64,000 bases of DNA from a virus. Lineage: Duplodnaviria > Caudoviricetes. The notes beneath the pieces were generated by a model. The model had not been told where the DNA came from. It was given only the letters and a program-made list of their open reading frames with translations, and did not search any database. The DNA lies in the IMG/VR virus record IMGVR_UViG_3300033562_000691, positions 3,580 to 67,579 of that record; one strand, 5' to 3'. Below, piece after piece: positions 20,272 to 31,093 of the stretch. Numbering within the stretch: the first letter of the stretch is position 1; every line of letters starts with the position of its first letter. A program made the translations under genes and the position numbers.

Positions 20272-20745
20272 TTATGCTCCGTAAGGAATTGTTTCCATAA
20301 GTTTGATAGAGTTTATTATGTAATATGCACCTTCCTCATACTGATCCCAATGCAAGATGCGTTTTATGTCTACGGCAGGAGCTTCAAAATGACGAAACAT
20401 AACATTATGCGAAAACAGAACTGGATATGGATAAACTGAACTCAAAAATTGCAACTTCATAACAAGACCGGGAGTATTGGCCATATTGAGCAATTTCAAT
20501 CCAACATCCCTTGTAATCCACGCCATGTTATCCAAACCAACTAACGTGATTGTCCTGCCCTTCTGTCGCACTCCTTCTTGAATCAGCAAAGCCCCGGTCA
20601 AGCTATATTCAGTGGACTGCGCCACTGCATTCCATGTCAGTTCGTCAGCCCATTGTAGATCTTTTGGAAGAGACACAGAGAACACGGACTGTGGTGCTTC
20701 TGAATATAATTTATAGTAATAATCATCATAAACAACCATCATCAA
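20272..20745 (-). CDS. Distal tail-type protein
   Basis: LQWADELTWNAVAQSTEYSLTGALLIQEGVRQKGRTITL; immediately downstream of the tape measure. Confidence 0.7.
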   Translation of the reverse strand: MMMVVYDDYYYKLYSEAPQSVFSVSLPKDLQWADELTWNAVAQSTEYSLTGALLIQEGVRQKGRTITLVGLDNMAWITRDVGLKLLNMANTPGLVMKLQFLSSVYPYPVLFSHNVMFRHFEAPAVDIKRILHWDQYEEGAYYIINSIKLMETIPYGA

Positions 20746-23700
20746 CTCCTCAATTTTGCCATGTTCAATGCCTCAATGAAGCCCTCAACTGTCATCTGAT
20801 TCCCTGTCAATTCCCCAATATTCGATCCATTATATGTCAGATCAAGAGCATGCACTACTTTAGACATAGATGAACTCAAACTGGATTCGGTAACAGCACC
20901 ACCATTACTAAATGCAGGAATCTGCAGATTATTTATAGCATCCAAGAAAGGTACTCCGAGTGCCTTTACTGCTGATTCTCTTATAATATACTCGTAAGGA
21001 GACAGCTTTGCAAGAATGGAGTCTGTTCCGCGTTTAGCCCCACGTACAAATGGAACAAGACCACCTGTATTAAAGCGCAGTATGCCTTTTCCAAGACGCT
21101 TCAATAATTCCTCTATGGACATGCCAAACTTTTGCACAGATACTGAATCAGCTACGCCCGAAGTAGTAGCATTAGCTGCACCTGCTTTCCCACCAGACAT
21201 ACTGGTTGTATTTGCGGAATAGTCATCCTTCATCTTTCCAAGATTTTCGGACAATTTCCGCTTTGCTTCCTCCAATGCCTTTGCCGCATCAGTCTTTACT
21301 TGTGCAACTTCATCTTTATTTGTTTTCAGTGCTTCCCCTACTGCTTCTTCATACTGTACCTTGTATGCATCCAAATCAGTTTTCAATGATAAATCTGCTG
21401 CTTCTGTCTCTTCTTTGTACTGTGTATCTGCCTCTGTACGGCTCTCATTATATGCACGATCCCTGCGGAACACAGCCAGTTCTTTATCTTCCAAATACCG
21501 AGATCTGGATAGATCAGAATCCTCTTTGTCCTTAGCGAAAGCGACCGTGATTTCCCCCAGCTTCTTATCATGTTCTACTTCCGGGGTATTCTTTTTCAGG
21601 TCATCATACTTCTCTTGCGCTTCCTTCAATGGCTTCTCATACTCTGATTTCCATTTTGCAAGAGTCTCTGCTACCGCTTTCTCATCAGGCGGTCCCCATA
21701 TGGCACGCGATCCTCCCGGACCTAATATGTCGTATGCATTACCATTGCCCACTATGTTGCCGTCCCAAACACGCCGATAGGTGGTTCGTGGCTTTGGTTC
21801 TTTGCTATGGAAATCTCTGATCAATGTCTCTATATCTATTTTATCAGAAACGCCATCCCACGACATGTACCATCCAGTTCTTGAAGCAAGCTGCTTCCTG
21901 TACGCAGCGACCTTCTCTTTGAGTTCGGCTAGTTTTATTTCAGCTTCACTTAAATCAGCAGCATGATCATCCTTGGAACTAGCAAGTTCCTCATCCAATT
22001 CAACGACTGATTTATTAAAATCCTCTATCTTTTCACGTTGCTCTTTAGCATAATCAAATTCATCACGCGCATACCCGCGATTGTCATCCTCTACCTGCTC
22101 CTTGTAATCTCGTTCCCCTGATTCATTGTCTTCAAGGTACGCGGCATCGCGTTCTTCCTTCTCAGTCTTATGTCCTGTCTTGCGCTCTTCTACTTGTGTC
22201 TCATACTCATCTTTGAGTTCCTTGAGCTTAGATGCGAGACTCTCTGCAAGATTAATAAGATCCTGCTTTTCTTTTTCTAAAATGGCGGCTATTTCATCAT
22301 TGCCTGCTGCCTTGGCCGCATTTATCTGCGTATTATACTGAAGTGTGAGTTTATTTAACTCAGCCTGTGACATGACCGCCGATGTATCAATCTTTCCACC
22401 AGCAGCAAACCCACCTACTGCATCAGTATAACTTTTGGTCATTGCGGACAGTGCATTGATTCCAATAGGATCAGTTATACCCTCAGCCACCTTATTGATC
22501 TCAGAATGGACATTGAATGCGCCAACATTTATATTCACTCCAGATCCAAGACCAAGCATCTCAAACAGCTTCTTCTTTGCCAGTGACATCACCTGTCCGC
22601 CCTTAGCAAAATACTGAACAGCATCGCCAACCAATCCACCGTTAGCAAATTGTGGAACAAGGTCTTTTGGGAACTGCAGACTATTAACCATGTGCATGAA
22701 ACGTACACCATACTTCTTAACAGCCGCAGAGCGATGGACAAATTCATCCTTCATCAACATAGCAGGAACATCATCTTTCGTTCCAGATCCAGTAGTGATG
22801 AGTCTATTGGATAGACGCTTAAAGACAGATCCGCCATCAGCATATGCCTGAATATGCCCACCTGTAGCAAGAGCTACAAGACCACCTCCTGCTTTATTCG
22901 TCACATAATTTGTAGTCACAGTGATGGTCTTGTCCCGCAAATTATCTATAGCAGTCTTCAGTGCTGCAAGTCTATCCATGCCATACACTTCTGCTGTGAC
23001 CGTTACGGTCTTGTCTACTATCTTGGCAAGAACCTCTTGCAGCGCATTAACTTGTTCTTGTCCAACAACTGTGGCACTTACTGCTATATTTATAGACTTC
23101 TCAGCCTTATCAATAGCCTCCAATGTGTCAATGACCTCTTTACTGCCCTTCACCTCAAAATCTACGGACACTTTTTTATTCTTCAGTTCTTCCAACTTCG
23201 TGATAACTGCATCCAACTCAGTGGTAGATTTGACATCTACCTCAACTGCTGGCATATCCTTCGTCTTTGCCGCAACATCATCCAGTGCACTGTCCACCCC
23301 TGAAGTATCTGCATCAATTGGAATGCTCGTTTCTACATCCTTTATTTTTGCAGATACAGCATCGACACTGGCCTCAGCCTTGGATGTATTCGCATCAACA
23401 TCCAATGTGGCTTCTTCATCCTCAATCTTCTTAGCTTCGTCAACAGCTTCAGTGATCTTCTCTTTGCCCGTAACATCAACTGTCATTGGGGCTAACGGTT
23501 CATTGAGTTTGTCCTTCTCTGCCTGAATCTCGGCCAAGGACTGCTTTACACCTGCTGGTTGTAATGTTGGAACAATCGGCTCCTCAACTGTGCTTCTGAA
23601 GGTATCCGTTAATCCTTTGAGATTATCAAGTCCCTGTATGACATGTTCGGTGGAAAAACCTAACTCAAATGGATTACTCTTTATATCATCCGACAATCCT

Positions 23701-26700
23701 TTTATCTCATTCCCAAACTGATCAACAAGTTTTGTGGATTCAATCCACGTGGAACCCCTACTACCAAGAGTATCAAGCTCAACAACAAGTCCACCCACGG
23801 CATTAGCCGCCTCTACAATCTTTTGCTGATAGTCCCTAAACGTATCAGAGGGGAGGGTTCCCATTGAGTTAAGCGTATTGATCATATCCTGAATACGTTG
23901 CTGTGGAGTAACATCAGAAGCAATGGCAAACAACTCAGCAAATTTATTCTTTATTTCTTCCACGTTTGCAGAAGAGTCAGGAGGAAGAAGAATCACACCA
24001 TCAGCCTTCGTGATAAGGGACTCATACTCCTGCTGCAGACTCTGGATACTGCTTACAGCCTCTGCAGTATTGGATTTAACAGTGGTGTTTACCTCACTAG
24101 GTATTTCCTTAGCTGGATCATACGAATTTGGATCACGATTAACTTTTATGTTTACACCATCTCCAAATATCTCAAGTAACTGTCCATATTGATCACGGAC
24201 AACCTGTACAGCCTGTCCGCCAATATTCTCAATAGTAGAGACAGCACCTTCACCAAACTTGGCAGTGATGGATGGGTCAATGGCACGTTCCTGTGCTGCT
24301 TGGACATTGCTCCAAGCCACAGTCCCGTCAGCTTCTATACGTTTGAACATACCACCAACAGCTTCACCACCCTTAGCAGCCCCATCTACTATGGAACTGC
24401 CAAGCTGCTGTCCTACTTCAGTAGCTGCCTGCTTAGCCTCACCAAGATCACCGACAATCTGTCCTGTACCTGTGTCACTCTTTGTGGTCTGTTTGCCGCC
24501 AGAAACCTGTGCAGTTCCCTTGGGAGCAACCTTCCCTGTAGTGGATGCGGTCTTTCCATACCCTTTTGACGCAGGTGGTGTCGCCGCTAAAGTTGTATCC
24601 CCTCCACCAGAGGCTTTGCCCATAGATTCAAGGATAGACTTCCATATTGCATCTTTCTCTTGCAGCTTTCCAAGCTCTTTATCCAGTTTTTGTAGGGCTT
24701 CTGTATCCAAGTCAGCTTGCTTCTTCTTCTCCGCTGTATAATCTTCCAGTACTTTTGTCTTTGCGTCTGTGCCTTCACGTTCAGCCTTGGCAATCTTATC
24801 GGTGGCATCTGCTTCAGCTTCTTTCTGCTTAGTGAGAAGTTCGGAATCCTTAATTTTCTTCTCTACATTTGCAGCTTTAACAAGTTCCTGTTCCGCTTTT
24901 TTGACCCCATTAATAGCTTCGTTGTCATTTTTACGTTCAGCAACAAGATCGCTGTACTGTTGGATCAATTGCTTTCCAGCTTCTAGTTTTCCACGATCAT
25001 TTTCCTTCTCGGCCTGCGCAATGAGTTTTACACCCTCAGCGTATTTCTTTGCAGCTATGCGCTCATTGTCCTGTTCCTTTTCTCTGTCAGACATACTGCG
25101 TTGTCTGATCTTGTCAATCTTATCAATGGTAGTAGAATTTATTCCACGGATAGCATCAGCCGTAGCTTTCTCGTTCTCTACACGTTCTTTGTTTATATCC
25201 TCACGCTTCTTTTCAAGATCCAACTCTATATCATATCGCTTATCTGCAAGATCCTTATTGATGCGTTTTATGTCTGTGGATAATTTGTCTTCCGCTGCTT
25301 TTCGTTTTGTCGCAATATCCTTTGCTGCTTTTGCAATCTTTCCATCTTTGCCAACATACTCTGCAATCTCTTCCTCAGTCTTACGGTGCTTTCTGGTATA
25401 CTCTTCAAGATTCTTGCTCTTGAATTCCAGAAGATCAGCATCCAACGCTTTCATCTTATTGTTTACTTCTTCAACTGCATCAACGTCTACACCGGCTTCG
25501 GAGGTCTGCAATTCTATCTTTTGTCCTTCAAGAGTAGCCTTGCGTTTCTCAAAATATTCGACAGCAGTAGCGTAACGCTGCTTCTCAGCCTCTTCCATGG
25601 TGAGCGTGCCCGCTGCTTCAGATACAGCTATCTCATGCAGCTTGACCTGCTCCATTTTCTGGATATCAGCCAACTCTCTGTCACGGATTTTCTGTGCATC
25701 TTCCCTTGCACGCTCTGCCATGTCGATAGTATTCTGTGCAATAAACTCATTGGATTTTATATTTGCATTTTCCAAATCCTTCAAGGCATCCAAATATTCC
25801 TTATTGTCAGGACGATATCCACGCGCATTCAAATCAGCAACGTGTTGTTCCGCCAATTTAATCATCTTGGCATAATGTGCCTTCTGGATATTGAATTGAA
25901 TATCCTGATACTGGCGATCAGTGGTTTTCCCCTGTGCATGCCGCAACGATTCTACAGCAAGAAGTTGTGCGTTAAACTTCTCATGTTGTGTGATCTCAGC
26001 ATCCTGCACTTTTTTCAATTCGGTATAACGCATATCCTGAATAGCAGCTAATTTCTTAGCCTCAGCCTCAGCGACCTTGGCTTGTGAATCATCCATGGTT
26101 GCTTTTGCTTTATCAAATTCAGGATCTCCTTTCTTTGCAGATGCTGCTATTTTTGTATATGCATCCTCTGCTTCTGCTGCAATCTGTTTCCACTTCAGTT
26201 CCTCAGATGCAAGGATTCTGATATTGGATTCAACTTGACTGATCTCATTCCGCGTAGCTTGATTTTGGATACTGGCAGTATACTTGGTGTAGTAACTTTC
26301 CAATTCTTCGTGGAATGCTTTCTGCCGTGCAAGGATCTCCTTTGGTTCATATACAGTGGTGACTGCTTTATCTATTGCCTGTTTGAATGTTGTCAATGCT
26401 GTGGCATTTGCAGAAGCTAATGCTGTAGAGCCTGCTCTGAACTTGTCCTTATTCAACTCTATAGTCTTGTTATATGCACTCTCTGCAAGGCGGATGCTAT
26501 TCAACGAGTGCGCAGCTTCATCATCATATATCCTTTTATTCAGATCTTTACGCTGCTCCTCCAGCTGCTTCAAAGATTCCAATTGCTTGATCTGCGCCTG
26601 TGATTGTTTCCCAGAATCACCGCCAGCAGCTTGCAACTCGGCCTTATATGTATCCTCAATGGCTTTTTTCTTCTGGGCTATTGCAAATCGCTCTCTCTCG

Positions 26701-29700
26701 TATCCGGCCAGTCGTACTGCCGCCGCCTGCTGCTCCTTTTCACCTGTAGTGACAATCTGATCTTTATACTGTCCATAAATACCCATCAACTTCTTTACAG
26801 CATCTTCAGCGTTTTCTATGCCTTTATAATCTTTTGTCCAAACATCAATGCCAGAAGTATCTGCATCTTGCATCTGCTTGAACATAGAGACAACACCATC
26901 TAATGCAGCCTTTGATAAATCTGCCCCTTTTCCAAGCTGTTCGATCATTTCTACTGGATGTGATAATGTAACCCCATTCACCTCCATGAGATTGCGTAAT
27001 ACACCAGCGGACTGCTCACTCCATGTTCCATACATTGCCTTCAGACGTTTTTCCTGCGCGGTAATAGGCACGCCCATCTTCTCAATATAATCGCCCATTT
27101 CTTTGAAGGACAATTTTCCCTCTGAAACAGACTTCGCAATAGTATCACCCAGCTTTACTCGTTTCCAATTATCGCCCAACTTGGCTGTGAAATCCTCAAA
27201 CATTTCCAACTGCCCCTCTCTCCAAAACATCAGAGAATTCGCAGCGGAGTTGAGCATATGCTTGGAAAAGATACCAAGAGTATCAAACACACCCTTGGTA
27301 GAGTCTAAGAAACGGGAACCAAAATCAGTACCTTCCAACATACTGTCAACTGATATATTTGCGGCCTCTGCCAACTTGGCAGATTGTAGCCCCTTCATCT
27401 TCTGTTGGTATGCCTCAACAGCAGCACCACCATCAATGAATTTTCCATTTAGCACATCAATGGAATTTGCTGCCTGCAATGACTCCGCTGCCAAAAATGG
27501 CATGTCCTTAGCAGACGCAAGTAACTCATCTCTGAAGGATTTTATGCTTGATTTAAACTCAGTGCTGCCCTCTTCCATATTGGCAGTGGCTTCCTTGAAT
27601 GACTTAATCCGTTCTGCAATATCTGCAAATTTGTCAGAGGACTTGACTGCCTCTGTCATTTCTTTTCCATAATTTCTAGCGGACGAAATAAAAATGGCAA
27701 GTGCTCCTGCCGCTGCCAATGCTGCCAATGCTACTGGATTAAATGCCACTCCCATTATAGTAATAGCAGAAGTCATTCCGGTAGACGCCAACATGGCAGT
27801 TTGAAATCCAGCGATGAGTGGCTTTAATGCATTCGCAAATCCCAGAACCAATGTCGTTGATCCAAGCCATTTTATACCAACAAGAGTAACACCAAGTGCT
27901 CCCAACGTAGCAGCTAGTGCAGCGGCGCTAATAATCAAACGACCAAATGCGGTGTCAATCATAGCAGTTGTTGCTGTTGCAAGCACACGTCCAATATCAA
28001 TGAGTACCCGCAATGGTCCCGTAACGCCATTCTCACCAAGTGCAATTCCAAGTAATTCCACACGTGACTTCAAATTCTTGAAAGATGCCCCAAGTCCCTC
28101 CATCTGTGTTGCTGCCATGGCTGCGGCAGTTCCTGATTTTCCAATAACGCCCAGCATCTGATCAAACTCACCAACATTCCGAGTCAACGCGAGGACAGCA
28201 GAAGATCCCCGTTTTCCAAATAGATCCAATGCATGCTGTGCATCACCGACAATCGGACTCAAATTCCGAATGACCTCTGTGAACGGGGTAATTCGTGGAT
28301 CAAGCTGCTCTATCGCAATACCTGCCTCAGTTGCTGCTCTCTGCAGATCCTCAGAGGGGGAAAGCAGCAAGGAGAACACATTCCGCAGACCAGTACCAAT
28401 CGTGGATGCCTTCTGTCCGCTGTTGGCAAGCAAACTCATACTTGCAGCAACTTCATTGAATGATATATTGGCATCAGCCGCAACCGGGCCAATGTAGTTG
28501 AATGCCGTTTTCAGACGATCTACATCCAACTTGGAAAGGTTTATCGCGTTAGCCAGTGTATCTACAGCCTGTGCTGTATTTCTCGCATCAATATCAAAAA
28601 CAGTCATTACTGAAGTGGTCAGATCCACAGCAGAGGCCATATCAGACAATGTTCCAGTAGCCAGATCAGAAATAGACTTGATCATCTTAATGGAATCTGC
28701 TGCTGAATAACCTGCCTGCGCAATAACTGTCAGGCCCTGCGCCACTTCTCCGGCAGAGAATCTTGTATCTTTAGCAAGGGTCTTGATGGTATCAGACATT
28801 TTGGATACTTCCAAACCGGTAGCTCCAGAAATAGCCTGCAAATCCTTCAAGGACTGATCAAAATTGATAATATTTGGAATAATCTGCATTAAAGAGTCAC
28901 GTAATCCATTGATAAAATCAGAGATTACCCTGTACTGCACGAACGTACTCATCTTTGCTTTGAATTTATCCCAAACCGTACCAGCCTCAGCTACGGCTCT
29001 GGAAGTAGTCCCCATCTGCGAAGCCAGTTTTGCATTATGTTGCGCCTGCGCTATGAGAACCTTGGATACTTTATCCACCTGCTGTGCAAATGCTGAAAAA
29101 TCCATCAGCTTACCATTAGCCGAAAGGTCAGCTATGGCCTTATTCATCTCAATCAGCTTATCTTTAAAATCTGATACCTTAATGTTTGTTATCTTTTCCA
29201 ATCCAATAGCAAATTGTAGCAGATTGGGGATATGCATATCCTTGGTAAATTTTTGGATCACCGGCACAAGTGCCGTGAGTCCCGCTGTAGCAACACCAAT
29301 ATCTATAGTTTTGAATTTTCTAAGACCATCCGCCAACTGCTCAATGTTTGGAATCTTTACACTATCCAGCCGCTTTACAACAGTGACAAGTTCATTGATA
29401 TTAGTGATTGTGGCCTGTGGAACAGCAATGGCACCAGTAAGACGCACCATACCGTCCGCAATCTTCTTCATGTCGATATTGACATTCAGTCCACTGAAAC
29501 TACGGAGCACATGCCCAAGAGATGACAGCCGCTGAGTAACAAGATCCATACGCAGTGTATCTTTTGCCAATTCCTGCATGCCTTTGGAAAACTGTCCAAA
29601 GTTAGGAAGGGTGCCACTCATCTTCATAAGTGGTTTTAGAGCATCAGCAAAAGGCTGCAAATCTGGAATATTCTTGATTTCGGCAAGAGTTTTGAATCCA

Positions 29701-30779
29701 GAAGCAATCTGGCCAAAATTTGGAAGTTTTATATCCTTGAATGCGCCTAATGCATCAGCAAAAGGCTGCAAATTTGGAATATTGGTCTTCAACTCCGCAA
29801 GAGTCTTGAATCCAGAAGCAATTTGTCCAAAATTCGGAAGTTTTATATTTGCGAAATGTGCCAGTTCATCAGCAAACTTCTTCAAGCTGATACTGGTAGC
29901 ATCTTCCTTGAACATGTTGTTCAGGGATTTAAATCCATTTGCAATCTGGCTAAAATTGGGAAGTTTAATGCCCTGAAGAGACATCAATTCCCGCCTAATA
30001 AGGGAAAGGCTCTTCTCAGAATGATCTAAACCACTCAGTGATTTAAATGCATTGGCAATTTGTCCGAAATTCGGGAGTGTGATCTTCTCTAAAGATTGCA
30101 ACTCACGTTTGATAAGAGAGAGACTTGTCTGGGAATAATCCAACTCACTGAGTATCTTAAACCCATTCGCCAGTTGTGAAAAATTTGGAAGTTTTATATT
30201 CTGGAGAGAACGCAGTTCTTTCCCAATAGTCTTGAGGCTGGTCCCACCCTCTTTCGTAGACAACGCATACAGAGTCTCAAACCCTTTTGCAAGTTGTCCC
30301 AAGTTTGGAAGTGAAATACCAGCAAACTGGTCCAGTTCACTTTTGAATTTGGATAAATCAGGGATCTTATTCTTTCCTTTGCCCCCAAGGATCGTTATAA
30401 AACCCTCAAATCCCTTGGATATAGCAAGAAGGTTAGGAAGTGTTCCTACTTCTGCCAGCTTTTTAAGCTCATCTGCAAATGGCTTCAGATCAGGAATATT
30501 TCCTTTGATCTTATCAAGACTTGTGAAGCCCTTGGCCAGTCCGTCAAGATTGGGGATCTTGACAGCACCAAGTTTAGCGATATCTGTTACAAGATTTGAA
30601 AACGACTTAGGCACCACTATCGCATTGATAGAAGTGCCTATGCCTGAAATACTGCTTTTTACATCAGTTACGAGTTTCTGTATGGAAGTGATAGTTTCTG
30701 ATAGACCCTGTAACTTCTCATCAAATTTTCCAGTGATGTCTATCTCAACTTTCAATGTGCGTGTTTGTTGCGTGGCCAT
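20742..30779 (-). CDS. Tape measure protein (3345 aa), TP901-like core
   Basis: FDQSLKDLQAISGATG...TRFSAGEVAQGL...LATGT...NSGQKASTIGT core, long coiled coils, several F/YAxGG motifs. Follows the tail chaperones. Confidence 0.92.
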   Translation of the reverse strand: MATQQTRTLKVEIDITGKFDEKLQGLSETITSIQKLVTDVKSSISGIGTSINAIVVPKSFSNLVTDIAKLGAVKIPNLDGLAKGFTSLDKIKGNIPDLKPFADELKKLAEVGTLPNLLAISKGFEGFITILGGKGKNKIPDLSKFKSELDQFAGISLPNLGQLAKGFETLYALSTKEGGTSLKTIGKELRSLQNIKLPNFSQLANGFKILSELDYSQTSLSLIKRELQSLEKITLPNFGQIANAFKSLSGLDHSEKSLSLIRRELMSLQGIKLPNFSQIANGFKSLNNMFKEDATSISLKKFADELAHFANIKLPNFGQIASGFKTLAELKTNIPNLQPFADALGAFKDIKLPNFGQIASGFKTLAEIKNIPDLQPFADALKPLMKMSGTLPNFGQFSKGMQELAKDTLRMDLVTQRLSSLGHVLRSFSGLNVNIDMKKIADGMVRLTGAIAVPQATITNINELVTVVKRLDSVKIPNIEQLADGLRKFKTIDIGVATAGLTALVPVIQKFTKDMHIPNLLQFAIGLEKITNIKVSDFKDKLIEMNKAIADLSANGKLMDFSAFAQQVDKVSKVLIAQAQHNAKLASQMGTTSRAVAEAGTVWDKFKAKMSTFVQYRVISDFINGLRDSLMQIIPNIINFDQSLKDLQAISGATGLEVSKMSDTIKTLAKDTRFSAGEVAQGLTVIAQAGYSAADSIKMIKSISDLATGTLSDMASAVDLTTSVMTVFDIDARNTAQAVDTLANAINLSKLDVDRLKTAFNYIGPVAADANISFNEVAASMSLLANSGQKASTIGTGLRNVFSLLLSPSEDLQRAATEAGIAIEQLDPRITPFTEVIRNLSPIVGDAQHALDLFGKRGSSAVLALTRNVGEFDQMLGVIGKSGTAAAMAATQMEGLGASFKNLKSRVELLGIALGENGVTGPLRVLIDIGRVLATATTAMIDTAFGRLIISAAALAATLGALGVTLVGIKWLGSTTLVLGFANALKPLIAGFQTAMLASTGMTSAITIMGVAFNPVALAALAAAGALAIFISSARNYGKEMTEAVKSSDKFADIAERIKSFKEATANMEEGSTEFKSSIKSFRDELLASAKDMPFLAAESLQAANSIDVLNGKFIDGGAAVEAYQQKMKGLQSAKLAEAANISVDSMLEGTDFGSRFLDSTKGVFDTLGIFSKHMLNSAANSLMFWREGQLEMFEDFTAKLGDNWKRVKLGDTIAKSVSEGKLSFKEMGDYIEKMGVPITAQEKRLKAMYGTWSEQSAGVLRNLMEVNGVTLSHPVEMIEQLGKGADLSKAALDGVVSMFKQMQDADTSGIDVWTKDYKGIENAEDAVKKLMGIYGQYKDQIVTTGEKEQQAAAVRLAGYERERFAIAQKKKAIEDTYKAELQAAGGDSGKQSQAQIKQLESLKQLEEQRKDLNKRIYDDEAAHSLNSIRLAESAYNKTIELNKDKFRAGSTALASANATALTTFKQAIDKAVTTVYEPKEILARQKAFHEELESYYTKYTASIQNQATRNEISQVESNIRILASEELKWKQIAAEAEDAYTKIAASAKKGDPEFDKAKATMDDSQAKVAEAEAKKLAAIQDMRYTELKKVQDAEITQHEKFNAQLLAVESLRHAQGKTTDRQYQDIQFNIQKAHYAKMIKLAEQHVADLNARGYRPDNKEYLDALKDLENANIKSNEFIAQNTIDMAERAREDAQKIRDRELADIQKMEQVKLHEIAVSEAAGTLTMEEAEKQRYATAVEYFEKRKATLEGQKIELQTSEAGVDVDAVEEVNNKMKALDADLLEFKSKNLEEYTRKHRKTEEEIAEYVGKDGKIAKAAKDIATKRKAAEDKLSTDIKRINKDLADKRYDIELDLEKKREDINKERVENEKATADAIRGINSTTIDKIDKIRQRSMSDREKEQDNERIAAKKYAEGVKLIAQAEKENDRGKLEAGKQLIQQYSDLVAERKNDNEAINGVKKAEQELVKAANVEKKIKDSELLTKQKEAEADATDKIAKAEREGTDAKTKVLEDYTAEKKKQADLDTEALQKLDKELGKLQEKDAIWKSILESMGKASGGGDTTLAATPPASKGYGKTASTTGKVAPKGTAQVSGGKQTTKSDTGTGQIVGDLGEAKQAATEVGQQLGSSIVDGAAKGGEAVGGMFKRIEADGTVAWSNVQAAQERAIDPSITAKFGEGAVSTIENIGGQAVQVVRDQYGQLLEIFGDGVNIKVNRDPNSYDPAKEIPSEVNTTVKSNTAEAVSSIQSLQQEYESLITKADGVILLPPDSSANVEEIKNKFAELFAIASDVTPQQRIQDMINTLNSMGTLPSDTFRDYQQKIVEAANAVGGLVVELDTLGSRGSTWIESTKLVDQFGNEIKGLSDDIKSNPFELGFSTEHVIQGLDNLKGLTDTFRSTVEEPIVPTLQPAGVKQSLAEIQAEKDKLNEPLAPMTVDVTGKEKITEAVDEAKKIEDEEATLDVDANTSKAEASVDAVSAKIKDVETSIPIDADTSGVDSALDDVAAKTKDMPAVEVDVKSTTELDAVITKLEELKNKKVSVDFEVKGSKEVIDTLEAIDKAEKSINIAVSATVVGQEQVNALQEVLAKIVDKTVTVTAEVYGMDRLAALKTAIDNLRDKTITVTTNYVTNKAGGGLVALATGGHIQAYADGGSVFKRLSNRLITTGSGTKDDVPAMLMKDEFVHRSAAVKKYGVRFMHMVNSLQFPKDLVPQFANGGLVGDAVQYFAKGGQVMSLAKKKLFEMLGLGSGVNINVGAFNVHSEINKVAEGITDPIGINALSAMTKSYTDAVGGFAAGGKIDTSAVMSQAELNKLTLQYNTQINAAKAAGNDEIAAILEKEKQDLINLAESLASKLKELKDEYETQVEERKTGHKTEKEERDAAYLEDNESGERDYKEQVEDDNRGYARDEFDYAKEQREKIEDFNKSVVELDEELASSKDDHAADLSEAEIKLAELKEKVAAYRKQLASRTGWYMSWDGVSDKIDIETLIRDFHSKEPKPRTTYRRVWDGNIVGNGNAYDILGPGGSRAIWGPPDEKAVAETLAKWKSEYEKPLKEAQEKYDDLKKNTPEVEHDKKLGEITVAFAKDKEDSDLSRSRYLEDKELAVFRRDRAYNESRTEADTQYKEETEAADLSLKTDLDAYKVQYEEAVGEALKTNKDEVAQVKTDAAKALEEAKRKLSENLGKMKDDYSANTTSMSGGKAGAANATTSGVADSVSVQKFGMSIEELLKRLGKGILRFNTGGLVPFVRGAKRGTDSILAKLSPYEYIIRESAVKALGVPFLDAINNLQIPAFSNGGAVTESSLSSSMSKVVHALDLTYNGSNIGELTGNQMTVEGFIEALNMAKLRS
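29570..30560 (-). repeat. Tandem ~27-aa repeats in the tape measure N-terminus
   Basis: About 12 units like IKLPNFGQIASGFKTLAE..NIPDLQPFADAL. Two adjacent units (~29640-29850) are nearly identical at DNA level. Confidence 0.8.
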
Positions 30780-30782
30780 TTC

Positions 30783-31079
30783 TTATCTCGCTCCAGATAT
30801 TGCGTTTGCGAACCTCTTCCATTCAGACTCAAGATCATCCTGTGTAAGCTCTCCGGGCTTCCGGACAGTATTGGATGACAGTAGCTGCAACTCCTTCTGC
30901 ATATCCCTCATATGGGATTCATACCCCTTATGGTTGAGATGCGTAGAAAGCCAGCTTGATGAGAATTGGCCTATTCTGTCCCGTTCCTCCTTTACAAGAA
31001 CCGCTTTCAGGAATATTCCAATCTCATTTAGTGTATAACTTTGAATGCTTAACCAAGAGTGGCCATGCGAGATTAGCAT
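30783..31079 (-). CDS. Tail assembly chaperone, downstream (T) segment
   Basis: Lies between the chaperone and the tape measure. Its frame is open back to the slippery site at 31151-31157. Confidence 0.75.
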   Translation of the reverse strand: MLISHGHSWLSIQSYTLNEIGIFLKAVLVKEERDRIGQFSSSWLSTHLNHKGYESHMRDMQKELQLLSSNTVRKPGELTQDDLESEWKRFANAISGAR

Positions 31080-31093
31080 TTGGAATGCTAATT

